Positions 24,376-36,419 of a stretch of 64,000 bases of DNA are shown here, one piece after another. The notes below the pieces were generated by a model. That model was not told where the DNA came from and did no database searches. It saw only the letters and a program-made list of their open reading frames with translations. The stretch lies in contig NC_090351.1 of NCBI RefSeq assembly GCF_035084215.1, forward strand, positions 14,818,001-14,882,000, given 5' to 3'. The position numbers and the translations under genes are program-made. The stretch is from Heptranchias perlo (taxonomy: Eukaryota). The number at the start of each line of letters is the position of its first letter. Within the stretch, counting starts at the first letter, position 1.

Positions 24376-24841
24376 GAGATGAATTGCAAAAGATTCACCT
24401 CGCTTGATGTCAAACTCTTGTGGTTTATGCTACAGTTCAAACAGTAAAGGATAAAATGACTATCTTTGTCAACCCTCACCAGTTTGTAATGTTGAAGTAT
24501 CATTATAGCTACATTCCTCATTAGATGCACTGAATTCTGTAGTCATCTTAAAATGAAGTACACTGTAAAGTGCGATAGGGTAAAAAGTCAGCACCAAAAG
24601 GGTTTCATTTTTGTTTTATAATTGTTATTAAACTTTACCACTTGATGGCAGCAAACAGTTGAGCAATTCAACAAAAGGCTGCTCCTTCCTTATCTACATG
24701 AAGTTGATGGTCTGCTTTTAGTTTGTGCTGTGCAGTTCTAAGACAAAAATAAGACAATGACTACCCTCCTGCTGTACCGAAACTGCAAATAAGCTACATA
24801 TTGCATTGACCGAGCTTGAAGATGAAATTTAATGCAGGCAA

Positions 24842-26316
24842 GTCATAGAGTCATAGAGTTATACAGCACGGATAGAGGCCCTTCGGCCCATCGTGTCCAC
24901 GCCGGCCATCAAGCCCTGTCTACTCTAATCCCATATTCCAGCATTTGGTCCGTAGCCTTGTATGCTATGGCATTTCAAGTGCTCATCCAAATGCTTCTTG
25001 AATGTTGTGAGGGTTCCTGCCTCCACAACCCTTTCAGGCAGTGAGTTCCAGACTCCAACCACCCTCTGGGTGAAAAAGTTCTTTCTCAAATCCCCTCTAA
25101 ACCTCCCACCTTTTACCTTGAATCTATGTCCCCTTGTTATAGAACCCTCAACGAAGGGAAAAAGCTCCTTAGTATCCATCCTATCTGTGCCCCTCATAAT
25201 TTTGTACACCTCAATCATGTCCCCCCTCAGCCTCCTCTGCTCCAAGGAAAACAAACCCAATCTTCCCAGTCTCTCTTCATAGCTGAAGCGCTCCAGCCCT
25301 GGTAACATCCTGGTGAATCTCCTCTGCACCCTCTCCAAAGCGATCACATCCTTCCTGTAGTGTGGCGACCAGAACTGCACACAGTACTCCAGCTGTGGCC
25401 TAACCAGTGTTTTATACAGCTCCATCATAACCTCCTTGCTCTTATATTCTATGCCTCGGCTAATAAAGGCAAGTATCCCATATGCCTTCTTTACCACCTT
25501 ATCTACCTGTTCCGCCGCCTTCAGGGATCTGTGAACTTGCACACCAAGATCCCTCTGACCCTCTGTCTTGCCTAGGGTCCTCCCATTCATTGTGTATTCC
25601 CTTGCCTTGTTAGTCCCTCCAAAGTGCATCACCTCGCACTTTTCCGGGTTAAATTCCATTTGCCACTGTTCCGCCCATCTGACCAACCCATCTATATCGT
25701 CCTGCAGACTGAGGCTATCCTCCTCGCTATTTACCACCCTACCAATTTTTGTATCATCAGCGAACTTACTGATCATACCTTTTACATTCATATCCAAGTC
25801 ATTAATGTAGACCACAAACAGCAAGGGACCCAGCACCGATCCCTGTGGTACCCCACTGGCCACAGGTTTCCAGTCACAAAAACAACCTTCGACCATCACC
25901 CTCTGCCTTCTGCCACTAAGCCAGTTTTGTATCCAAAGTGCCAAGGCACCCTGGATTCCATGGGCTCGTACCTTCTTGACCAGTCTCCTGTGGGGGACTT
26001 TATCGAAGGCCTTACTGAAATCCATGTATACCACATCCACTGCGTTACCCTCATCCACACGCCTAGTCATCCCCTCAAAAAATTCAATCAAATTAGTCAG
26101 ACATGATCTTCCCTTGACAAAGCCATGTTGACTATCCCTGATTAATCCTTGCTTCTCCAAGTGGAGACTAATTTTGTCCTTCAGAATTTTTTCCAATAAT
26201 TTTTCTACCACTGATGTTAGGCTCACTGGCCTGTAGTTCCCCGGTTTTTCCCTACTCCCCTTCTTGAATAATGGTACTACATTAGCGGTTCTCCAGTCCT
26301 CTGGCACATCCCCTGT
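24842..26316 (-). mobile_element. Young CR1 LINE, 5'-truncated
   Basis: Uninterrupted ORF, CpGs retained, 3' octamer repeats (TCATAGAG)2. Confidence 0.97.
24925..26307 (-). CDS. CR1 ORF2 reverse transcriptase and C-terminal domain (460 aa, open but 5'-truncated)
   Basis: [52 protein letters not shown]. Confidence 0.9.
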   Translation of the reverse strand: MPEDWRTANVVPLFKKGSREKPGNYRPVSLTSVVEKLLEKILKDKISLHLEKQGLIRDSQHGFVKGRSCLTNLIEFFEGMTRRVDEGNAVDVVYMDFSKAFDKVPHRRLVKKVRAHGIQGALALWIQNWLSGRRQRVMVEGCFCDWKPVASGVPQGSVLGPLLFVVYINDLDMNVKGMISKFADDTKIGRVVNSEEDSLSLQDDIDGLVRWAEQWQMEFNPEKCEVMHFGGTNKAREYTMNGRTLGKTEGQRDLGVQVHRSLKAAEQVDKVVKKAYGILAFISRGIEYKSKEVMMELYKTLVRPQLEYCVQFWSPHYRKDVIALERVQRRFTRMLPGLERFSYEERLGRLGLFSLEQRRLRGDMIEVYKIMRGTDRMDTKELFPFVEGSITRGHRFKVKGGRFRGDLRKNFFTQRVVGVWNSLPERVVEAGTLTTFKKHLDEHLKCHSIQGYGPNAGIWD

Positions 26317-26360
26317 GGGATGTGCCAGAGGACTGGAGAACCGCTAATGTAGTACCATTA
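26269..26360. repeat. Perfect 44-bp inverted repeat, 4-nt loop, at the CR1 5' junction
   Basis: 26269-26312 is the reverse complement of 26317-26360; loop CTGT. Confidence 0.97.
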
Positions 26361-28129
26361 GGGTCAGAGGGATCTTGGTGTGCAAATTCAAGTGGGAAAG
26401 AAAAATATTGGACACATGTACTCCATGAATGATGTTGAAATAGCTAAGGATAAAGCTGAGAGACACCTGAGTCTTAGTGGACTTGACCCTCAACATCTCC
26501 ATTTTCTAAATGGATTTTTAATCATAAATGCCCCTCTCAACATCATCTCTTCGCCCCTCTTAGCATTGATAGCTCTGATGTAATTAGAAGTTATATTTAA
26601 TTCTTGACTCTGTTACAGGATCCTGCTTGAGAAGAACTTGGATACGATAAGTCCATTTATAGTGATAAGATGCTAAAATCACAGTTCTCTAACTACATTA
26701 TTAAATTATATTGCATTCATGCTATAATAGATGGACTGGGAAGGACGATTTACTCAGCTATACTCCACCTAAGGAGAGCTTATTGAGATGCATCAGAACA
26801 GTAACAGAGAGGACAGATTGTACTAGTGCTGGGAGAACTACTATTCACTGTTCATTGATGTAACATCTCAGTATAGCAGCTATTTCAGAGGTGTGTGCTG
26901 CCTGTGCTAATGGAAACTTAAGTATTGTCCACTGTGCTCCTGGTGTTACCACAAGTGTGATTGTAACTATTTTTGCAGCATTTTACAGCACAAATGCAAT
27001 TTTCCAAAATGCATTTGACTGAAAATTGAGATGATAAAGCTTGAGGCACATAAAAAAGGAGTGAGTAAAGATGAACAGCATGTGATGCCGATATTTCCAA
27101 GCTGAGCTTCCTTCAGATTTTATTACGCTTCATGTCCAAAGGAGGTTTCCCGAATTACTTTCATCCTGGCCAAAGTTCACCTTTACAGATCACATTTTTT
27201 ATGAAGTTGAAATTTTTTTTTTGTTTTTGCAGGAGCTGGTACTGAATTATTGTTTTCTCAACTGAGTGTAAAATTGCATTGGTCAGTTAAACTCAAATGT
27301 GTCGTTACTGGTAAGATGTAATCGAATGTGTCTGAGCCAATAAAGTGATCTAGTAGGCAATAAAGAAATTTTAATTGCGGTTATCTTGTCCAAACCATCA
27401 CCATTAAATTTTAATTCAGATCACAGAAGTCTCACCTACTATGCCTTACCTTGGATTTCATCATCAATCTTTCTGCAATTATTGACATTCTCCTCTGACC
27501 TTAAACAGAACTCCACTGGCAAAGCTGCCTCTAACAAGCTTGGTTTCGTTGCTGCCAAACATTTTGATAAGTCTTAACTCAGTGTCGAAGACTTAAATCT
27601 TGCTCGTCTGTAGGGAATGCTCATCCAACAGCTTTCTTATATTCATGGACAGGACTCAAGGAAAAGTACATCATCTGACAGGCAATTCTTCTCTCACCTC
27701 TGGCCTCCAAATCCCCTCTTTCTCCATCGCAAGCTTTCTTGTCTCTCTTTTTCTATTGATATTACCATGTTAATTGGTCCTCTGAACATTTCTTCCTTTC
27801 CCTCCCAAGCTGCAGATAACCCATCCTACACTCCTTGCAATCTTGACTATGTTGAAAGTCCTGAAGTCTCCTGTTCTAAATAAGTTTTTTTTCCTAACAA
27901 CTCAAAACTGGTCCTTATCTCTCTGTGCCCCTCCCTCCTACAATTTATAAGATTTTAAATCCAAGCTTGACATCACTTAACCATTACTTTTTGGTTTACC
28001 TTATCTTCTACCTTACTCTTGTTGGTGTCCTACATGTTGGGCTTTATGCCCTCGACCGAGGTTTAGCAAAAGCAAAAAACATTTTAGCTCCTTTTACGGA
28101 AAATCCTGCAATCTAATTCGGTGCCCAAA

Positions 28130-29280
28130 ATAGTTATCCATCTATACCATTTGATTTCCAAAAGGCGTTTGACAAAGTTCCAAGTAAAAAGCTATTAGTC
28201 AAACTCTTTTAGTTAAATAGATAGCTAATAAGCTATTAGTTAAATAGATAAGAAACTGGCTGAAGGGCAGAAAATAACTAATTCAGAAAATACTGGAAAC
28301 ACACTGAAAGTGAGATGGGCTCTGTGGAAAGAATAAGGTAAGGTTAATGTTTGAAGTTGATGATCTTTTGTTAGAAGTGATTGTGATGTGACACAAGGAG
28401 GCAATGAGGAGAGAAATTAAAGAAATAAAAGATGTATCCAAGACTTGGACGATGTGTAAATGGTTCCAGCAGAATAGCAGAGGAAGAGGGAAGCATGCTT
28501 CTGTCTTTTAATCATTTTGTGTCCTCCACCTATACACGGAGCGTTCTTTTTTCCTCCTTGCCCCCTTTTCCCTCGCTCTGTTCCTCTTTATAAACTGTTC
28601 ATCTGTAACATCTCCCGGTTCTGATTAAAGGACACCGACCTGAAAAGTTAACCTTGTTTCCCTCTCTGCAGATGCTGCCTGACCTGCTGAATGTTTCCAG
28701 CATTTCCTGTTTTTATTTCAGATTTCCAGTATCTGCAGTATTTTCCTTTAAATTGGTTATTAAAGAACTAGTACACATTGGAGGAGTTATAACCGGTGGA
28801 GTGGGGAGGGGGAATACTGAATGGGATCACTACTGTTTCCAATTTACATAAATGACCTGGAATCAGAAAGTCAATGCAAATTGGTCAAATTTGCAGATGA
28901 TACCAAACTAAGAGGGATAGTGGAATTGGAAGTCACAGCTCAGAAATTACAATAAGTTGACAAAATATGTATGTGGGCAGAACAATGGCAGTTGAAATTT
29001 AATGAAGACAAGTGCAAATTATTGCACAGAGGAAGGAAAAATAGGTAACATCTATATACTCTGTGAATGGTGTTGAATTAGCTGGGGGTCTAAGTCGGCT
29101 CGACGCTCAGCATATCCAACCAGTACAGAGCAGCAGCAAAGAAAACAGAAAGTTGAACTACATAGCCAGAACCATTGAATACAAGCCAGAGGAAGTCATG
29201 ATCCAACAGACTGAGCACTGTATGCAGTTCTGGTCACTGAGAAACAAAGGAGACAAGCAACCAATGGTGGCAGAAGCACT
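28130..29280 (+). mobile_element. Old CR1 fragment interrupted by a Penelope-derived element
   Basis: GATTTCCAAAAGGCGTTTGACAAAGTTCC ([10 protein letters not shown]) at 28153; TTTGCAGATGATACCAAA (FADDTK) at 28890. Confidence 0.75.
28282..28747. mobile_element. Penelope-derived non-autonomous element with inverted pLTR arms
   Basis: Left CAGAAAATACTGGAAACAC...GGTTAATG mirrors right GTTAACC...CAGATGCTGCCTGACCTGCTG...TTTCCAGCATTT; decayed hammerhead CTGATTAAAGG...CCTGAAAAGTT. Confidence 0.65.
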
Positions 29281-29689
29281 CTTGCTCCTCCTGGCCCACA
29301 AGCAGTGCTGGAAAAGCACCTACCTGTGGGATCCGGGGAATCCTGGCCCACAGTCATTAAATCCAAATGGCTGCTAAAATCTGAGGCACGCAGCCTCATT
29401 AACATATTAAAATTTCATTTACAAAATGGCGCACAGCTATGATATGTTCAGACAAATAAGAGTTGCCTGATATTCCTTTCTGAAGTAGAGTGTATTCAAA
29501 CATAAATATAGGTTTTCATCTGTGAATTCTTTTCATCAACAAATAACAGCTATAACTCTACATGAGTAATTTATGCACAGTGCAATGATTCTCCTGTGTC
29601 TTTGAAGATGTAAAGCACTCTGACCCAGAGAATGTTAATCAAAATGGAGCTTTATCTGCACGCTGTTTATATCAGAGTCCCATAAAAAA

Positions 29690-31280
29690 GAACAGAACAT
29701 AAGAAATAGGAGCAGGAGTAGGCCAATCGGCCCCTCGAGCCTGCTCCGCCATTTAATAAGATCATGGCTGATCTGATCCGAACCTCAAATCTATATTCAT
29801 GTCCAATTTCCTGCCCGCTCCCTGTAACCCCTAATTCCCTTTACTTCTAGGAAACTGTCTATTTCTGTTTTAAATTTATTCAATGATGTAGCTTCCACAG
29901 CTTCCTGGGGCAGCAAATTCCACAGACCTACCACCCTCTGAGTGAAGAAGTTTCTCCTCATCTCAGTTTTGAAGGAGCAGCCCCTTATTCTAAGATTATG
30001 CCCCCTAGTTCTAGTTTCACCCATCCTTGGGAACATCCTTACCGCATCCACCCGATCAAGCCCCTTCACAATCTTATATGTTTCAATAAGATCGCCTCTC
30101 ATTCTTCTGAACTCCAATGAGTAGAGTCCCAATCTACTCAACCTCTCCTCATATGTCCGCCCCCTCATCCCTGGGATTAACCGAGTGAACCTTCTTTGTA
30201 CTGCCTCGAGAGCAAGTATATCTTTTCTTAAGTATGGAGACCAAAACTGTATGCAGTATTCCAGGTGCAGTCTCACCAATACCTTATATAACTGCAGCAA
30301 TACCTCCCTGTTTTTATATTCTATCCCCCTAGCAATAAACACCAACATTCCGTTGGCCTTCTTGATCACCTGCTGCACCTGCATACTAATTTTTTGATTT
30401 TCTTGCACTAGGACCCCCAGATCCCTTTGTACTGCAGTACTTTCCAGTCTCTTGCCATCAAGATAATAACTTGCTCTCTGATTTTTCCTGCCAAAGTGCA
30501 TAGCCTCACATTTTCCAATATTGTATTGCATCTGCCAAATCTCCGCCCACTCACCCAGCCTGTCTATATCCCCTTGTAGGTTTTTTTGTGTCCTCCTCAC
30601 TCTCTACTTTCCCTCCCATCTTTGTATCATCTGCAAACTTTGATACGTTACACTCGGTCCCCTCCTCCAAATCGTTAATATAGATTGTAAAGAGTTGGGG
30701 ACCCAGCACCGACCCCTGCGGAACACCACTGGCTACTGGTTGCCAGTCCGAGAATGAACCATTTATCCCAACTCTCTGATTCCTGTTAGATAACCAATCC
30801 TCCACCCATGCCAGAATATTACTCCCAATCCAGTGATTCTTTATCTTGAGCAATAATCTTTTATGTGGCACCTTGTCGAATGCCTTCTGGAAGTCTAAAT
30901 ACACTACGTCCACTGGTTCCCCTTTATCCACCCTGTACGTTATGTCCTCAAAGAACTCAAGCAAATTTGTCAGACATGACTTCCCCTTTGTAAAGCCATG
31001 CTGACTTTGTCCTATTAAATTATGTTTATCCAAATGTTCTGCTACTGTCTCCTTAATAATAGACTCCAAAATTTTACCCACCACGGATGTTAGGCTAACT
31101 GGTCTATAATTTCCAGCCTTCTGCCTACTACCCTTTTTAAATAAGGGTGTTACATTAGCAGTTTTCCAATCTGCCGGGACCTTTGCCGAGTCCAGAGAAT
31201 TTTGGAAAATTATTACCAAAGCATCCACAATCCCCACTGCCACTTCCCTTAAGACCCTAGGATGTAAGCCATCAGGTCCA
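29690..31280 (-). mobile_element. CR1 LINE, 5'-truncated, one frameshift
   Basis: ORFs 30551 and 29797 join at the T7 run near 30581; full RT motifs; tail AGAACAGAACATAAGAAATAGG. Confidence 0.95.
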
Positions 31281-31696
31281 AATGATGGTGTGCATTGATT
31301 TACAAAAATCAGGAGATTACATGGCTGCGGGGAAGAGGGACGAGGGGTTGGGGGTTGGAGGGAAGAAGTGTTTCATCATGGTGCTCTGGCCATCATGGTG
31401 TGGTGCAGGCTTGATGGACCAGCTGGTCTTTTCCTGCCCCCTCAATTTCTTATGTTTGTATGTTCATCTTCTCCTTGAGCAAAAACTCAATGAATTTCAC
31501 ACATCAGTGCTGAATGAATTTTAGCTATAGTCACTATGGGCCATTCAGATTGCTGACAAGGTCATTATAGATTAGAAAATGATTTAAAAACAAATCCTTA
31601 AGACAAGAGTGGTATATAAGCATGGTGGTTTAAGGATAAGGCAAGCATCATTGAAAATACCATCCAGTTCCATCTTTGTTTATTGTGTTTGGAAAT

Positions 31697-32880
31697 CATG
31701 GCCAAGATTTTGACCCAGAGCCGAGAAGAGGGCGGGAGGGGAAGGGTCGAATCATGGACAGGAAACCCGGAAGTACGAGTTTTCCGGACTTACTTACGAT
31801 TTTCACATAAGGACGTCTTTTTTTTTGTCGGTTTGCCGTCTGACTGGCCGGCCTGATTGACAGGCTGGCCTCAGTCGGACGGGAGCAGAGCAAGGAAGAG
31901 GATGAGAAAAGGTAAGTCTTCAGGTAAGACTTTGATTGTATAGATGGGGGGGTGGGGGGTCATGGGTGGGCATGGGATCATGGGGGGAGTCAGTCATTGG
32001 GGTGGGTGGGGAGGTTAGTCACCGGGGGAGTCAGTTATTGGGGGGGGAGGTCAGTCAATGGGGGAGTCAGCCATTGGGGGGGGAGAATCGGGTGTCAATC
32101 ATTGGAGGGTCAGTCACCAATGGAGTGAGAGTGGGGGTAGGGGGTCATCGCGGGGGTCAGCAATCATCGTGGGGGGGGTCTGTCGTCATTGGGGGAGGGT
32201 CCGCAATCGATTGTGGGGGGTGGTGGTTATGATCGTTGTGGGGGGGATCCCGATCGTTGGGGGGGGTTGTTGCGATCGTTGGGGAGGAGGGTCACGATCG
32301 TTGGGGGGGTTGTTGCGATCGTTGGGGAGGAGGGTCACGATCATTGGGGGGGTTGTTGCAATCGTTGGGGAGGAAGGTCACGATCATTGGGGGGGTTGTT
32401 GCAATCGTTGGGGAGGAGGGTCACGATCGTTGGGGGGGTTGTTGCAATTGTTGGGGAGGAAGGTCACGATCGTTGGGGGGGTTGTTGCAATCGTTGGGGA
32501 GGAAGGTCACGATCATTGGGGGGGTTGTTGCAATCGTTGGGGAGGAGGGTCACGATCGTTGGGGGGGTTGTTGCAGGTAGGCTTGTTGGGCCTGGGGGAA
32601 GCACTCCTGCTCCTCCAAGCTTACAAGCTGTGCCAGAAAGGCACTTACCTGCAATTTCGAGCCTTCTTGCCTCCTCTCGTGTGGCGTGAAGGGGAAGTCC
32701 CGGGAATCCTGGCCTCCAGAGGCTAAAATCACAAAACCTTTCAAAGTGGAGGCCCACAGCCTCCTTGAAAGGTTTTAATGACCAACCTGCCTCTTGAGAA
32801 CGGGTTGGTCGCCCACCCCTCGTCCCATCCCGGTGAAAACTGGAAATGGGCGTGTTGGGGGCGGGTCTGAAATTGTTGCA
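31697..32880. mobile_element. Harbinger-type non-autonomous element containing a G-rich minisatellite, right end truncated
   Basis: Begins GGCCAAGATTTTGACC; GGAAACCCGGA motif shared with the Harbinger left end near 41858; CpG-rich. Confidence 0.55.
32252..32576. repeat. 43-bp G-rich minisatellite, about 7.5 copies
   Basis: Unit GATCRTTGGGGGGGTTGTTGCRATCGTTGGGGAGGARGGTCAC. Confidence 0.95.
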
Positions 32881-33468
32881 ATGTGGTAATTTATCAAATG
32901 CCTTTTGAAAGTCTGTATACACATCATCTGCACTACCCTCATCAACCCTCTCTGTTACTTCACCAAAGAACTCAATCAAGTTAGTCAAACACGATTTTCC
33001 TTTAACAAGTTTGTGCTGACTTTCATTTATTAGCTCATACTTTTCCAAGAGTCAATTAATTTTGACCCGGATTATTGTCTCTAAAAGTTTCCCCGCCACC
33101 GACGTTAGGCTGACTGGCCTGTAATTGCCGGGTTTATCCCTCTCTCCTTTTTTGAACAGGGGTGTGTAATTTTCAATCCTTCAGTCCTCCGGCACCGTTC
33201 CCATATCTAAGGAAGATTGGAAGATTGTGGCCAGACCCTCCGCAATTTCCACCCTTACTTCCTTCAGTAACCTAGGATATATCCTAACTGGACGAGGTGA
33301 CTTTTCTACATTGAGCACTGCCAATCTTTTAAGTACCTCCTCTTTATCTATTTTTATCCTTTCCAATATCGCTACTACCTCCTCCTTTACTGCTACAATG
33401 GCAGCATCCTCTTTAGTGAAGACGGATGCGATGTACTCATGTAATACTTCAGCCATGCCCTCTGCCTT
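32880..33468 (-). mobile_element. CR1 ORF2 internal fragment
   Basis: [29 protein letters not shown]. Confidence 0.9.
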
Positions 33469-35569
33469 GTCAAGGAATGTGCCCCTGAAGGTCTGGTTTA
33501 AAATATTGTTGCTGTAACCAACTGTCGGTGCTTGACAACTGTGAACTTGAGGTTGACTTTGATGCCTGCAGGGGAAAGCTTCAGTGACTTAACTGGCATC
33601 TGCAGAACAGCAACTCATTATTAATACTGTGAATTATTTTAATTTAAAAATTACCTATAGACACAGATTGCACACATTTTCCCAAATCTATTATGAATTC
33701 TAGCTTTAAATGGAGAGATGTCATTCTGAATAAGGGGATATATAATTGGAATACGGTCTTGTTTTCCAATTCTTTCGATGTTTAATAGAAAATTTCTTAA
33801 GAGCTCTTTGAAGCTATCTACAATACATAGAATTTCAGTCACCCTGCATCACAAAGCAGCTCTTTGCATGCAAGCGGCGAGAATTAATATTTCTGTAGCA
33901 CCTTGCAGGCTCATTTGTATATCTACCTATCTAATTTGCATACTTTCAAGATGTCAAAGCAAAGATAGATTGTTGTACGTTCAGTGACGTGGGCCAGCAA
34001 AAAGAAACACAAAGCTTTATTTTGGGTCTGTTTAGGAGCAATTGTTTCCACATCAAACTATTACTTAAAAATTTTTTGAGGTGGATTTTGAGGCAAAGCT
34101 TCATTGTGCTTCACACCTCTAGGTCCACTGAGATTAGCCATTCTATATATGGGAATCAAAGCTGAAAGTAAAACCTTTTCATGTCCTGAGCATCCTTAGC
34201 AATCAACGGTCGAATCATTACACCATTTGTTTCTATTTTGGGAAAAACAAAATTCCTAACTAAGCCTAAAGCAAAGGAGTAACATCTTGGCATTTTTCTT
34301 GGACAGGAGATAGCCTTGTATCTTGCTCGAGATTGTATTTTGGTTCGTTTTAATTTTCTCTCTAATATACAGCGTCAAGTTGGTAACCACTCAGTATTCT
34401 CTGCAGTCACTTCCTTTCACTTGTAGTGTTAAATTCTCCACAGTTATTTCTCAGGGCCTAGGCTTCATGTCTTCATCTAATATTCCATTTCCCCCAAGAT
34501 TATTCATATATTACTTTAAACCAATTGAATTAAACTATAATTAGCTCAGAAAAATTACAACGGTACATAGGATATTTTCAACAAGTTGGGCAACCTTATT
34601 GCTGCAGGTCCTAGTGATGTTGTGGAATTCCCAATTTTTCTGACATGAATCAATCAATTTATCAGTCAAAAAAATTGTAAACTGTCCTTATCTGCTTGAT
34701 TTGAGAGACTTTGGTTCTGCTTGGAGGTAATATTCCCTGATGGATCAATCCTTAATGAAGTCATTGGGTCTGGAGTATTAGTTTCATTTTTATCTGAATC
34801 TGAGCTATACTTCCAAATATTCAGGTTCTAATTTGATAACATCAGTTGTGACAATATTGAATACTTCAGAGACCCAATTGTATTAAACTGAAGTTAGTGA
34901 CATGCCTGTCACACATTGTTAATTACTCAACGTGCATTGCACGATTTCCTTCTTGCTACTTTACTTGACAGTTTAATTTTATTCTTGGTACCATTGCAAT
35001 TTTAGTAAACTGATTTGTTGGTTAATATCCTTTGCTTTATTGTGGGTAAGGGGGGAATGATGTGAATGCTGAAAGGTCAGCTTGCATGCCGCTACAAATA
35101 TTAAGTGGAATGCTGCAATGAGATGTCTAAAGACATTCATCTTGTATAAAATCAAGCGAGTGATGGATGATGGTAATATGAACGACTCAATCCTACTCTA
35201 CCAAAATGAAAATGGTTGCGAGAAATAGAAGTCCAATGTGAGGATGATTTGTACAGCCCTTGGTGTATTAACGAGCTTTCTTACACAGCTGTAAAACATT
35301 GGGTTTGCCCTTGATTCCTCACATATGAGTTCCCTATCATTTTTGTGCAGTTTGAAGCAGGGAGCATCACAGAATGATTGTTAAATTGAAGGTTATCTCA
35401 GCCCAAGCTACTCATCATCTAGTGGCTACTTACAGAGAAGTACAAAGAGACTTGAGAACAAATTACTTGCCCTCTTTGGGGAATGGCCTCAGTGCAATGG
35501 GATACAATACAAAGGGTAAGTGTGCCAGCTGAAACATCTTGGTAAATGAAAGCCTTGTTTAATCTAGTC

Positions 35570-35750
35570 ATCATACATAGTACCACAGAGCCATAAAAGC
35601 CATTTGGTCCATTGTGTTTGTGCTTGTTGTTTGCAAGAGCATTCCAAAGCTAACCCCACTGGCCCACTCTCTCACATAGCCCTGTGTCTTTCTCTGCTTC
35701 AAAAATGTATCCAATTTTCCCTTAAAAGATGTAATGTAGTGCTTTATCTG
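35570..35750 (-). mobile_element. Old CR1 3' end
   Basis: TCATACATAG...GCCATTTGGTCCATTGTG...TATCCAATTTTCCCTTAAAAG. Confidence 0.6.
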
Positions 35751-36419
35751 AACGTTCATCATCCTTTGCTGCTTAAGGATTAGCTCTCTTGCATTTTCTG
35801 TCATCCAGAGTAAATGGTCCACAAATAAAATTGCTTCGCTTATATTTAATCATGCTTGCATTGTTTTCATTAAATGAAGCAAAGGGGCATAATAAATATA
35901 GAAACATGGTGAATTTATGACTATGCTGCAATGATACATTTATCTTGGTTCTTGAGCTAATCTTTTGAAATTGACTGATAATTTTCCCAGTAAGGATTGT
36001 CCTGACATGATTTAATTGTTGAATTAATTCTAGATCTTGTGTATCTCTAAGGTTGGGTGTTGGTTACTAATGGCTGATGTTGTTAAATGGGGAATAAAGT
36101 GATAATCCATCATATGATTATCATTTTTCAGTGTAGGTTTCCAATTGTACCAACTAAATAATTCTTGTACAGGACCAAGGATTTTAGAGCTGTTACCATC
36201 CATCATACTGGCTTTAAAACCAGATCAAATTTTGTTTCTTAAAGGATACAATTTTTATCATCAGGGAGGGCAAAGAATTGGAATAGAATTAATTATTTTT
36301 GCTGCAGTGTGTAACAAGGAAGTTTTACAATGGTTTCCTGAAGTTGAAACTATTGAATTATATGATGACGTCTACTCTGATAGTCTCAATCACAGACAAG
36401 GCCATCTCAGACCATTCAC

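Noticed and set aside
32058-32726. Gly-rich repetitive ORFs (222, 166, 114 aa)
   Set aside because: Translation of a stop-poor G-rich minisatellite, open in all frames.
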